Shown here piece by piece: positions 20,009 through 35,868 of a stretch of DNA of 64,000 bases; within the stretch, counting starts at the first letter, position 1; every line of letters begins with the position of its first letter. The notes beneath the pieces were generated by a model. It had not been told where the DNA came from. It did no database searches and saw only the letters and a list, made by a program, of their open reading frames with translations. The translations under genes were made by a program, and so were the position numbers. This DNA comes from the human T2T-CHM13v2.0 reference genome, Homo sapiens. The stretch is taken from NCBI RefSeq assembly GCF_009914755.1, contig NC_060941.1, one strand, 5' to 3'.

Positions 20009-22876
20009 GTCACCCTCAATCCCTCCCAACTCTGGCCTGGAAAGAGGCGAAGTCATAACCCACCTCCCAGTGGACAGAGTCCAGGCCCCCCCAGGCTCCC
20101 GTCGCTCTCCTAGCAGCCCCAGCTACTGCCTCCCGTCCTCACCTGATGCCCTGCTGGCTTTGCCTGGACAGGGGACCACAGCCTGTACCCCACCTGCCTG
20201 GTGGGTCCCCAGCCAGTGTCAGCCCAGCCAAGCTGCCCCAGGGAGGACACAGAGGACTCTGAGTGCTGACAGTTGCTTGGCAGGGGCTGAGCTGCCGGGA
20301 CCCAGCGGGGAAGGGGCTTGCTGGAGCAGGGACGTGGAGGATTCTCACTGGCTTCACGCTCCCACTCTGAGCAGTGTGAGCCAGAGTTTAACATGGACCC
20401 TGCCACTTGCCCAGGCATGTGGCCGCACTCCCCATAATAGCTGCCACGAGTCACATTCCTCCTTCCACAGTGATTAACTTAGCGCCCGCTCCACTCCCAG
20501 CCCTGCTACAGAACCATGTTGTTTCCAGCCATCTTCACAGATTGGCTGCCTCACCCACAGCACACAGCATGGCGTGGACAGTCCCAGGACTTAATGCCTT
20601 GGCTTTCTTGCTCCATGTCCTATGTTCTTTCTCCTACCCCAGCACTGCCCAGCCCCCCAAGGGGCTCACCCTTGAGTGGGACGGACAGCAAAACTGTGGT
20701 TCTTGGCCACAGTTAGGGAGACCAGACGGGAAGGAGAGAGTATGCACTGTGGAAGAGGTTCATCCTGTCTGAACAAGGGAGAAATCTAGGAAGACTTCCA
20801 GGAGGAGGTGACATTTAAGCCAGGCCTCAAAAGATCGGGGGAGCTTTGTAGCAACTGTTTAGTGGTGGGACTTGTATACTAGGCTTTGAGCAAGAGAACT
20901 TTTATTTCAGATAAAATCCTAGAAGGATTCCTCATATAACAGGGATCCCTGTAGCACCGTGAAGATTGAGGCAGGAAAGGGACTGGGAATGCTGCAAATG
21001 GAGACATACACCTCAGAGACTGAGTTGGCACAGAATCCATGGGACTTGATGATGAGGGAGAGGGAGGTGACAAGCCTGATGCCCAGCTTCCCCATGAAGG
21101 GGAGAAGTAGGGTGTGGACGTGCAAATGGAGTATTAGCTGCTGCTGCAGAGCTACTGGCCCTTCCAGGCCCAGCTTCATGTCTCCAGCACCAGCCCTTCA
21201 TTAGTTCTCAAAAGGGCGTGAGTTGGCTGCAGGCTCTGCTGGGAGCAGGATGATCTAGGGTGGCCCCAGCTGTGCCAGCTTGTCTTTGCTCCATCAATCT
21301 CTCATCCTCCAGCAGGCTGGCCTGGGTGCGTCCTCATGGCAGCCCCAGGGCTTTGAGAGAGTGGAGGTCACAGGGCCACTCACAGCCTAGGTCCTGGACT
21401 TTACCACGTTCTGTTAGCCAAAGCAGGTCCCAAGTCCAGCACAGAGAAGTGCAGGCCACCTGGGGTGAGCTGCAGAGCCACACCACAAAGGACCTGGGTG
21501 CGGGGAGGGGACTGGGCTGCTCTGCCAGGCCATCTACACACACGGCAGTTCCCTTTGGCCACACGGCAGTAGAGGCAGCTGTGGACATACAAAGTGTAGA
21601 TAGCTGGGCTCAGGATCGAGTCTCGCCCACCATCAGCAGGCGAGGGCTCATCAGAGCCCTGGAAGGGACAAAATAGCAGGGTTGTGTTCACCATGGAACA
21701 GCTGGCTGAGGAGGAGGGTGGACCCCTGGGAAACTGAGGAACAGCTGCCAGAGAAGGCGAGGGAGAACAAGTGAGCTCGAGAGTGAAGGCGGGGAGGACG
21801 GGCGCTTGGGGTGCAGGGAGGGCCCCCAGCGTGACTCTGCCAGCCAGGCGGTGGGGGGGGCGGGGGGGTGGGAGTGAGAGGGCACTGAGGGAGTGGGCTG
21901 GTCAGGCTGATCTGATGTCTGGCCAGGGAGGAGCCCCAGGCCTCTGTGTCAGGCACTGGGACTGCAGGGCACCAGGGCTGCCCACTGGCTGCCAGCCTCT
22001 GCCCTGCACTGCGCTGTCCTGGCCTACTCATCCTGCCCCCTTCCAATTCTTGTTAAGGAACCCACTTTGGAGACAAGCAGTGACTGAAGAGCAGGCAGAG
22101 GCTGCTACACCACAGTGTCCTGTCTCAACCTTTCCCCACTCAGGCCCTGGGGCCAACCTGTCAGTGAGTGCCCAGGTTCCCCAGGTGCAGGCACCAGGTC
22201 AGGAGCCAGATCACTGAGGACTGGCCTTGCCCAGTGACTCCCGCCCCGTGCCCCATGTGGGGTGGTGCTGGGGCAGTGCTGAGGGAGCCAGTTTGGAAGT
22301 GGCGACCTCCTACCCTCAACTTCCCTTGGTGGGAGTGCCCGCAGCTACCCAGGCGTGCCAGGGGCAGGCCTGGGATTTTAGCCTAGTGTCTTTGGAATAT
22401 CTAGTTCAGCCCCAGAACCACATCTGGCTTGCCTGAGCCAAGGGAAGGGGAACAGCCGTGGCACATCTCTAGCTGCTGGCCCTGAATGGCAGTTTCCAGG
22501 TCCGTGGCACTCCAGCTTCTGGAGACAAGGGCAGATCGCCTCAGAGAGGCCTGCTACCACCCAGCCCTGCCCTCAGGGCTGCAGAGCTGTCCCTGCCCTG
22601 CCTTCTGGCCACCACCCTGTCATGATGCCATTGCACAGAGCCACCTCCAGTGTGAACAGGAAGATTGTGTTGGAGAGAGCACCAGCCTCCAGCTACTTTT
22701 GGGTCTGGGGTTTGTTCAGAACAGTGGCTGGTGAGGCTTTGGGGGAGGGGAGCCGAGAAGGGGACTAGAGACTGGGGGGTCCCTGGGGGAAAAGCCAGCT
22801 TCTCCCTAGGTGGCAGTAGGCAGGGGAGTGGAGACTCCCTGAGATAGCAACACCTCCTGGGCCTAGGTGGGCATAA

Positions 22877-23338
<462 letters not shown>

Positions 23339-23982
23339 AAGATGGTTTCTATACACTCCCATCCTCAATCTCCATGATAGGCATACAGTAGGTGGCATAA
23401 TGCCCATTTTACAGATGTGGAGACTGAGGCTCAGAGAAGTAGCAGATGCTCAAATCCAGGCTTGCAACACCACTACCAGTCCGTCCACAGGGGTTCATGA
23501 CATGCTCACTGGAAGTTAGTGAGCTCTTCCAGGGGCTGGGCATACATCCAGGGAAGAAGACAGAGCTGGTGCCCTCTGGGAGCTTGCCTGCCAGTGGGGA
23601 AGAAACAAGGAGCAAGACAAGATCACACAGGCCAGTCTCTTAGGAGGCAGTGACAAGTGTGGCTGGCAGAGTAAGGCGGGAGGGAGGGAGGGACTGAGGG
23701 ACTGCCTCAAGTGAGGAGGGGCGGCACGTGGAACTCAGGGGGAAAAGCTCTCCGCGGAGGAGGTGAGGTGAGTCAAGACTGCCAGGCCAGGGGCCGCACC
23801 CGCGCCGTGGAGTGGAGTGGAGTGTGGAGGGTTTTGTGCAGAATCTGATTAACTCTTTGAAAAGAGCCCCTGCAGTCTGGAGCCTCGCGGGCAGTGCGGC
23901 TCCCCTCCTGGCTGCAGACAAAACCCCACAGCTGTGGGGCCCCCACCCTGTCCTAACCACCGAAACTTCTCTTTGGTCACAG

Positions 23983-24032
23983 GTTGCATATTCATCGAAG
24001 AGAACTTTTCTTTGAAATGTCCCAAACATAAG
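23983..24032 (+). CDS. RAI1: RAI1 exon 5 (50 nt; GCIFIEENFSLKCPKHK)
   Basis: tcacag|GTTGCA ... CATAAG|gtaggg; phase-compatible with exon 4; ends the PHD with CPKH. Confidence 0.97.
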
Positions 24033-24199
24033 GTAGGGGACCACAGTGTTTTGTAGGGCGAGGGGTGTCAAGCGGGAGAGGAGCCCCACCTCGCACCTCC
24101 TTCACAGTCCCCTGGGCCCCCTTGGCTGCGCAGCCCCGCAGGGCCCAGCCCTAGGGGAGGGAGCTCTCCCCGCCCACCCCCAGGAGCCCCCGCCGCCGT

Positions 24200-25760
24200 C
24201 CAGCTCAGGTCCCTGTCCACTTGCGCGCCGCCGCCGCCGAAAACCCGCAGGCGTCGGGGCATGGGCAGCCAGGGGCTGGAGGGCGTCCCTGGGACGGCCT
24301 CCCTGCAGCTCCCCAAGATAGGTGACAGAGTGGGGCAGGCGGGGGCGCGGGACGGTGGCACGGAGCTGAAGGCGAAGGTGAAGGTGAAGCTGGACGGGGT
24401 GGGGCCAGAAGGGGTGGTGCCGACGGCCTCGGGCGGAGACCCCAGCCGCGCTCTGGGGTCGCCTGGGTCTGGGGCTTAGGCGGGGGGCCCACACTGGGGG
24501 CGGGGCCTATGGACTGTGAAGTCCGAGGTCGTCGGTAACTGGCGGGCGGGCGTCTTTTGCAGAGGCTGCCGTAGTAATCCACCCCAACGGCCGGAGGAGC
24601 CGCCGGAGCCCGCCTGCCCGCCCGCCGCCGAAGGAGAGGAGCCGCCTGCGCAGCCCCCGGGCCTTTGAGCTGCTCCCAGCGCTGGTCCAGAGCCGATCCT
24701 TGATCCGGGTCCCGGATCGTGGATCCGGCCGCCTAGGGCTCAGACTTGCGGCCCCGGGTTGGGAGGAAAACCCGTTCCGGAGCCGCCTGCTCCCGGAACC
24801 GGACGGCACAGGGCGTTCTTGCCCACCCCAGGGGCCAGGCTTGCGGAGGGGGAGCCCGCGGAGCGGCCAGACTCCCCGGGGCGCTCAGCCTCCGGCGAGG
24901 GTGGGAGACGGCTTTGTCCTGGGGACACTTTCCCTCTGGAATCTCAAGACGACGTGGCACACATTCCACGTGGGTGCTGCCGCCACCCCAGTCGGTCGTG
25001 GCGTGCAGCTGGGAGCCCTGGGCTTGGGGGTGGGGGTCGAAACAGTACTGGAAGAGGCGGAGGGCGGCTCCTAGCTCCGTGGACTAGGCGGGGGAGAAAG
25101 GAAGCCTTTCTGAGAGCGGGCTAGGCCGGCACTGGAGAGGCCGGAGCCTTTGGAACAAACCGTGCGGAACGCGTCCAGGGGCCTTCCCGCCCAGCCTTTG
25201 CCAGATCTCTCGTGCGGTTCGGGCAAAGCCGGGGTAGACCTGGGCTATGCTCAGTTAGGGGTTGCGGGATCCCCGAGTGTGGGCGGGACTGGGACACCCT
25301 TTGGCCTCTGTTTGTCCCCTTTCCAGTCCTCCACCCCACCCCTGGAGCCCAGCCTGGGAGCGCAAAACCCAAGAAGCGGCCAGAACGCACCTCCGGCTCC
25401 GGCGGACGCGCGACCGTTGTGCACCACCAGGGACCGCCGCGCCTACTCTGCACGGGAGCAGGGACAGCGCTAGATTTCGTGTACAAAACCTGTGTACCCC
25501 TCTATATATATGTTACATAGAATGTATATATGTTGGGAACATGCTCGCTTCTCCCGTGTGTCGCCGCCGTGCGTCGTGCGCCCGCAACAGAGCCCCAACC
25601 GGGCCTTTGCCGGGTAAGGGGCTACCGCGACGCCACTTGTCCACGCAGCCACCACCGGCCCGGGCCAGTCCCTGCCAGTCCGTCCGCCTGTCCGTCCGTG
25701 TCCTCAGCTCTGTCCACGCTTCGATAGGCCTGACGCAGCCCCCAGCCCAGGGCCGCCCTA
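24200..25760. promoter_or_regulatory. CpG island spanning RAI1 intron 5, exon 6 and the 3' UTR
   Basis: Dense CpG, very high GC, GC box ggggcggggc at 24497-24506. Boundaries approximate. Confidence 0.8.
24563..24574 (+). CDS. RAI1: RAI1 exon 6 coding part (RLP-stop); 3' UTR runs to about 26040
   Basis: cttttgcag|AGG CTG CCG TAG TAA. Spliced CDS 5562+94+50+12 = 5718 nt = 1905 aa. Confidence 0.95.
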   Translation, partial: RLP

Positions 25761-25956
25761 GCAACTTCCTGTACATATGACTGTAAAATGGTAAACGTGT
25801 GTATTATATCTGGCCTCGTTATATAGTGTATATATATGTATACATATACATATATATAATATATATGAAGACTGTAAATGTTAAGACGACTAGTGTTCTT
25901 ATTAGTATATTGCTTCACACTGAAGATTGTGTGTATCGAGCTGTTTCTAAAAGATG

Positions 25957-25962
25957 TTTATT
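25957..25962 (-). terminator. SREBF1: SREBF1 distal (19c / long UTR) poly(A) signal AATAAA, inside the RAI1 3' UTR
   Basis: Plus-strand tttatt; the first canonical signal downstream of the 19c stop. Confidence 0.7.
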
Positions 25963-26015
25963 TTCCTTAAGAGTAAAAAACAGTCATTGCATTCAGAAAA
26001 AAAAAAAAAAAAGTC

Positions 26016-26021
26016 AATAAA
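26016..26021 (+). terminator. RAI1: RAI1 polyadenylation signal AATAAA
   Basis: AATAAA at the end of the AT-rich 3' UTR, followed by ttgttttgg. Confidence 0.85.
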
Positions 26022-26344
26022 GATACAACGATTGTTTTGGAAAATCTGCAGCCCGTGGATTCCGACCAGATTCAGCTGGGAGCCGGGCCAGGCTTTAGGT
26101 TGGGGAATGGGAATGAAGGGAGGGGCTGGGGGGGGGGCATGAATGGAGTCAGGGAGTCGGCCTTTCACAGAACAGGAAACCTCCCCCGCCCCTGTGCCCC
26201 CTCTCCAGTGTGGCGGCAGGTCGGGAGGGAGGAGGCTTCTTTGCTGTGAGATGACCAGGGGCCGGGATGGGGGAGGTGAGACGTGCCAGACTTCTTGCAG
26301 GGAGACCCAAGCTGTAGCTCCTGTCACACAACAGGTCCTGGAAG

Positions 26345-26374
26345 TCAGTCCATCCTCCCGTGCCACCCAGGGAC
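26345..26374 (-). CDS. SREBF1: SREBF1 alternative exon 19c coding part (VPGWHGRMD-stop)
   Basis: ccccatcag|GTCCCTGGG...GAC TGA. Exon 1c + 2-17 + 18c + 19c = 3144 nt = 1047 aa. Confidence 0.86.
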   Translation of the reverse strand, partial: VPGWHGRMD

Positions 26375-26562
26375 CTGATGGGGACAGAGCTGGGAGGTGA
26401 GAAGGGACAACTGACCCCATGGAGGCCCTAAGGGTTGACACAGCCCAACCATGTGCCCTGGGAGCAGGGGGAACAGGTAGGCTGGAGGCCATACAGCCAG
26501 CCCTCCCCACTCCTCCCACTAACAAACAAACATCGGGAAGAGCTAAGTTAAAAGTTGTGTAC

Positions 26563-26646
26563 CTTGTGGCCGGAGGGGGAGGGGAAGCCTTTCCCTAGGT
26601 GCTGGGGGAGGGCCCAAGCACTCTCACTAGTCAGCACATCCATCAG
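26563..26646 (-). CDS. SREBF1: SREBF1 alternative exon 18c (84 nt; LMDVLTSESAWALPQHLGKGFPSPSGHK)
   Basis: tgtcttcag|CTGATG ... CACAAG|gtacac; in frame with exon 17; matches the recalled human SREBP-1c/1b C-terminus. Confidence 0.88.
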
Positions 26647-26683
26647 CTGAAGACACAAAACCCAGATTATAAATAATTTCATT

Positions 26684-26689
26684 TTTAAT
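26684..26689 (-). terminator. SREBF1: SREBF1 proximal (exon 19a) poly(A) signal ATTAAA
   Basis: Minus strand TGTACAGAGAATTAAAAATG, with upstream UGUA and downstream GGGTTTTGTGTCTT. Confidence 0.8.
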
Positions 26690-27211
26690 TCTCTGTACAA
26701 AACTTCTCAATCTATGAAAATAAAGTTTGCAAAAGGCAAAGTAGCACAGGAGCCTCAGGTCAGGAGGCTAAGCACGCTGACCTACACTATGTACACGTCT
26801 CTCTCCCACGACGGAGAGAGAGGCCTCTGGGGCAGAGCCCTGCTTGCAGTCCGGGAAAGCCAAGTTGGCTTCCGTCAGCACAGGGAAATGTACCCCTCTC
26901 TTCCCTGTACACAGGAGGAAAAAAGCCACTAAGGTGCCTGCAGAGCAAGGAGGGGGGCCCCCCAAAATGGCTCGGCCCCTGCAGTGCCCCGATCGGCCAC
27001 CAGAGGTCAGCACCATCATGGCCGCCGGTCTTAGGGTCAAGATCGCGCCCCTCGGGCCTTCCACCGCGAAGGCACACAGCAGCCGCAGGTCGAACTGTGG
27101 AGGCCAGAGTCTCTTGCACTGCCTTCGGCCTTCAAAGCTTCGACGCAGGACAGAAGCTGCACGGGACCAAAGTGGCTAGAGACAGGGGTGCTGAGGCCGG
27201 GGACACGGGGT

Positions 27212-27460
<249 letters not shown>

Positions 27461-27723
27461 TCAGGGATGGGTCTCAAGCTGGCCACGCCCCCGCGGGAGC
27501 CCTGCCCACACACAAGCCACGGCACCAGCCGCCTGTACCTGGCACACAGGTACCTGGCGGGGGCCTGGCGGGTTCCCCTCTCCCCACCCTAGTCTCAGCC
27601 CACACACAAAGTCCACAGACTGAGTCACGCACGTGCAGTCATGTATCCCACAAATGACAGTCACCCCACTGATTCCTTGTGAAAGGAATTGTCATCAGGT
27701 AACCATCAAGAAGATGCTTGGTC

Positions 27724-27850
27724 TTTTTTTTTTTTTGAGACAGGGACTCTCCCTGTCACTCAGGCTCACTGCGGCCTCCAACTCCTGGGCTCAAGCTGTC
27801 CTCCCAACTGAGCCTCCCAAAGTGCTAGGTGTGAGCCACTGCGCCAGGCC
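27724..27850 (-). mobile_element. Alu monomer (FLAM-like) in SREBF1 intron 18a
   Basis: T-tail, gagacaggg...cccaaagtgctagg...gagccactgcgccaggcc. Confidence 0.8.
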
Positions 27851-27892
27851 TGTCTGTCCCGTCTGACACACACACAGCCTCCCTTGGTATCA

Positions 27893-29029
<1,137 letters not shown>

Positions 29030-29204
29030 TCAGACCAGTCCACAAGCCCTGGCTGAGTGCCCCCCACTTCCCTGGCTCGAGTTCCCTGAGGAAAAAAGGT
29101 GGTGACTCCTCCTGCACAGAACAAAGGCTGAGTGAGGCACAGTGCCCAGGGGATGAGGAAGGCTGAGCCCGGGACCAGGCAGGAGGAACCTGCCGTGCAC
29201 TCAC

Positions 29205-29337
29205 TCAGACTCCTGCAGCACCCGGGGCAGGTGCTCCACCAGCGGGCACAGCCGCTCAGCCGCCTCCTCATCCCGCCGCAGCCAGTGGATCACCACAGCT
29301 GTCAGAGAGGCCCACCACTTGGCCACCGGGTCTACGC
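29205..29337 (-). CDS. SREBF1: SREBF1 exon 15 (133 nt)
   Basis: ctgcag|GCGTAG ... GTCTGA|gtgagt; [19 protein letters not shown]. Confidence 0.96.
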
Positions 29338-29424
29338 CTGCAGAAGAGGGAGGGTCCCCTGAACCCTCAGTCACGCTGCACGGGGGAGCTGAGAAGGGAG
29401 CCAGGACAGGGGCCGGGGACTCAC

Positions 29425-29534
29425 CGGTGGTGGTGGCCATGCTGGAACTGATGGAGAAGCTGTAGGCAGGAGCCCCCGCAGCATCAGAACAGCTGTTCAG
29501 CAGCTGCAGGTACCCGAGGGCATCCGAGAATTCC
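29425..29534 (-). CDS. SREBF1: SREBF1 exon 14 (110 nt)
   Basis: ccacag|GGAATT ... CCACCG|gtgagt; [17 protein letters not shown]. Confidence 0.95.
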
Positions 29535-29810
29535 CTGTGGAAGGAGAGAGCTGGCTGTCGGAACAGATGGCAGGGGTCCTAGGAGGGTGCTCCCCACCTG
29601 CCCTCCAGAGTACAGCCTGGCCCCTGGCTCTGCAAAGTGCCACTGTCTCCTCCCACAGGCTGGTGGGGAGAGGAAACTCAGAGAGGAATGAAGCGTGCAT
29701 GGCACGCACGGTAGCCCAGCTCTGGGCTCTCTCCACAGGGTTGAGGCCAGAGCTATTCTCAGAATCCCGCCGGAGGGGCCTTGCCTGGAGGAGGGCACAA
29801 CGACACTTAC

Positions 29811-29919
29811 TTGTCCCCATCAGCTGACCCAGGGCTGGGGTTGGGCTGGGTCACACAGTTCAGTGCTCGCTCTAAGAGATGTTCCCGGAATAGCTGAGTC
29901 ACCTGGGCCAGGGGGTCCA
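29811..29919 (-). CDS. SREBF1: SREBF1 exon 13 (109 nt)
   Basis: ccacag|TGGACC ... GGACAA|gtaagt; [19 protein letters not shown]. Confidence 0.96.
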
Positions 29920-30195
29920 CTGTGGAGAGGAGGAGGTGAGTGGGGTGGGGAGCAGGGCCCCACCCTCCTCTCCAAGCTAAGGGCTTTTTCCTGGGTGGGC
30001 TGGGGCCACACCTAGGGCCACTGGGAAGTGCCGGCATGCCCCTGGGTGCAGCCCCTGCCAAGGACAGGGGAAAGCGGGTGGACATAACTATCACCAGCAC
30101 CAGCCTTGGCCAGGAGACAACACTGAGGCCTGCCCTACACTGCTTCCAAAGGAAAACCGACTTGAGAAGATGCCATTGTTGGCTCCGCTTCCTTA

Positions 30196-30888
<693 letters not shown>

Positions 30889-30892
30889 TCAC

Positions 30893-31440
<548 letters not shown>

Positions 31441-31595
31441 TCAGAGCAGCTGCCCCAAAGCTCAGAAGAGCCGTCCACAGCAGGCTCTGGAGGGGTGGTG
31501 GGGGTCTGCGGATGCGTGGCTAGGCACAGGGAGGACGGGACAGATTCATGGTGTGCACAGGGAGCAGGAACAAGGGTTGACACCCAGCACCTTCA

Positions 31596-32663
<1,068 letters not shown>

Positions 32664-32928
32664 CTAGGCCCTTGGAGGCCTAGGGACTACTGTAGCTCCT
32701 AAAGCTAGCCCAGGACGCTTTGATGGGGCTGGGTTAGGGCCAAAGGGAGGCACCAGGTCTCTTTCAGGACCAGAGGTAACCAAGGGACTAGAGCTGAATG
32801 CAGGGCTACAGCCAAGGGTGAGGTGGGCAGGGCAGAGGGTGGGCCAGAACCAAGGGTGGGGTGGGGCTAGGGATGGGGTGGGGCCGGGAGGTGGAGCAAG
32901 GCTAGAGAAGAGGCCAGACTGGAGCTCA

Positions 32929-33171
<243 letters not shown>

Positions 33172-33659
33172 TCAGGACCTTTGCACTTGTTCCTTCTACC
33201 TGAACCGTTCCTCGCCTAGTAGCACCCACCTCCCAGGCCGGGCATAGGGTTAGAATGTAAGATGCAGACAGCAGGGTCTGGCTAGCTGCTGCTGTGCCTG
33301 CCGCCATCTCAGGGAGGCCTTCCCTGGCTACCACCAGGGGACCCTCACCATCCTCTTCCTGCTTTCTCTGCAACGAGCCAAACGTGGTGGTCTCGAGCAC
33401 TTATTCATCCTGCCTACTGTCCATCTCCCCCACCAGAAGGTCGGCTCTTCTTTGAGGGACAATTTTTGTCTGTCTTGTTCATTGCTGCATCCCCAATGCC
33501 TAGCACAGCCCCACCTTTATTGAAGAGGCCTGCAAACCAGTTTAACTAAATAAACGAGGCTGGCCAGGCCTGGGGAGGCTGAATTCCAATTCCCTGCTTG
33601 TCCAGGCTCAGTCTCACTCCCTCTCTTCCTTCCAGTTGCCCCTGATCTGTTCCTTCCTA

Positions 33660-34481
<822 letters not shown>

Positions 34482-34698
34482 CTATCACCGACTGGCCTTG
34501 GATGAGTCATTGCCCCATGTGGCTTCCTATGGACAGTCCCTGCCTGGGCTCTGATGCAAATGCACTGGCTTCAAGCCAGGCCTCCAGTGCGAGGTTGCGC
34601 CTACCCCGGCAACAAGCACACCAGGACTGCTAGTAACAGGGCATCTCAAGCAGCCGAGTGGAGCCCCAGTTTCTAAAGCCTGCACAGACCTCTACTCA

Positions 34699-35265
<567 letters not shown>

Positions 35266-35828
35266 TCACACACATCCAAACACAACCTTATTTGCACAAC
35301 CCTTGTTGGCACACAGCTGTATGTGTGGGCAATGCCACCAGGACAGAAAGCCACCCACAGGAGCTGGTGTTCCCGGACATACAGCCATTTTGCGAGCACC
35401 TGTGCTGTCTAAAGCAATGCCTGCTGCTGCGAGTGCATCACAATACCTGGACAAGGTGGGCACCACAAGGCTCACAATCTTGCCCCACAGCTAGGCTGGG
35501 GCTGAGCCCAGGGTCGGGCCCAAGACTGCAGACTTCAGAGCCTGAGCTCTTCCCACCATCCGGTATTTGCCCAAACATCTAGAAACATCCTTAGTCCACA
35601 GCAAACAGCAGGCTCACATTCATTCACTCATCCAGTGAGCATGTGCTGAGTGCTGAGTGCCCACACTATGCCAGGCACTGCTCCCGGCTGTGAATAAGGG
35701 AAATCCCTGCCTAGAACTAAGCAACTTTCTGGGGAGCTGGGAGTGTCCTGTAGCTTGATGTGGATGGTGGTAAACTTTTACTCCTGTCTTCATGGGGCAT
35801 GCATTCTACAAGACATCCACCTCTGAGT

Positions 35829-35868
35829 CCACACACATACACACACACACACACACACACATACACAC
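35829..35868. repeat. (CA)n microsatellite in SREBF1 intron 1
   Basis: Read directly. Confidence 0.9.
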
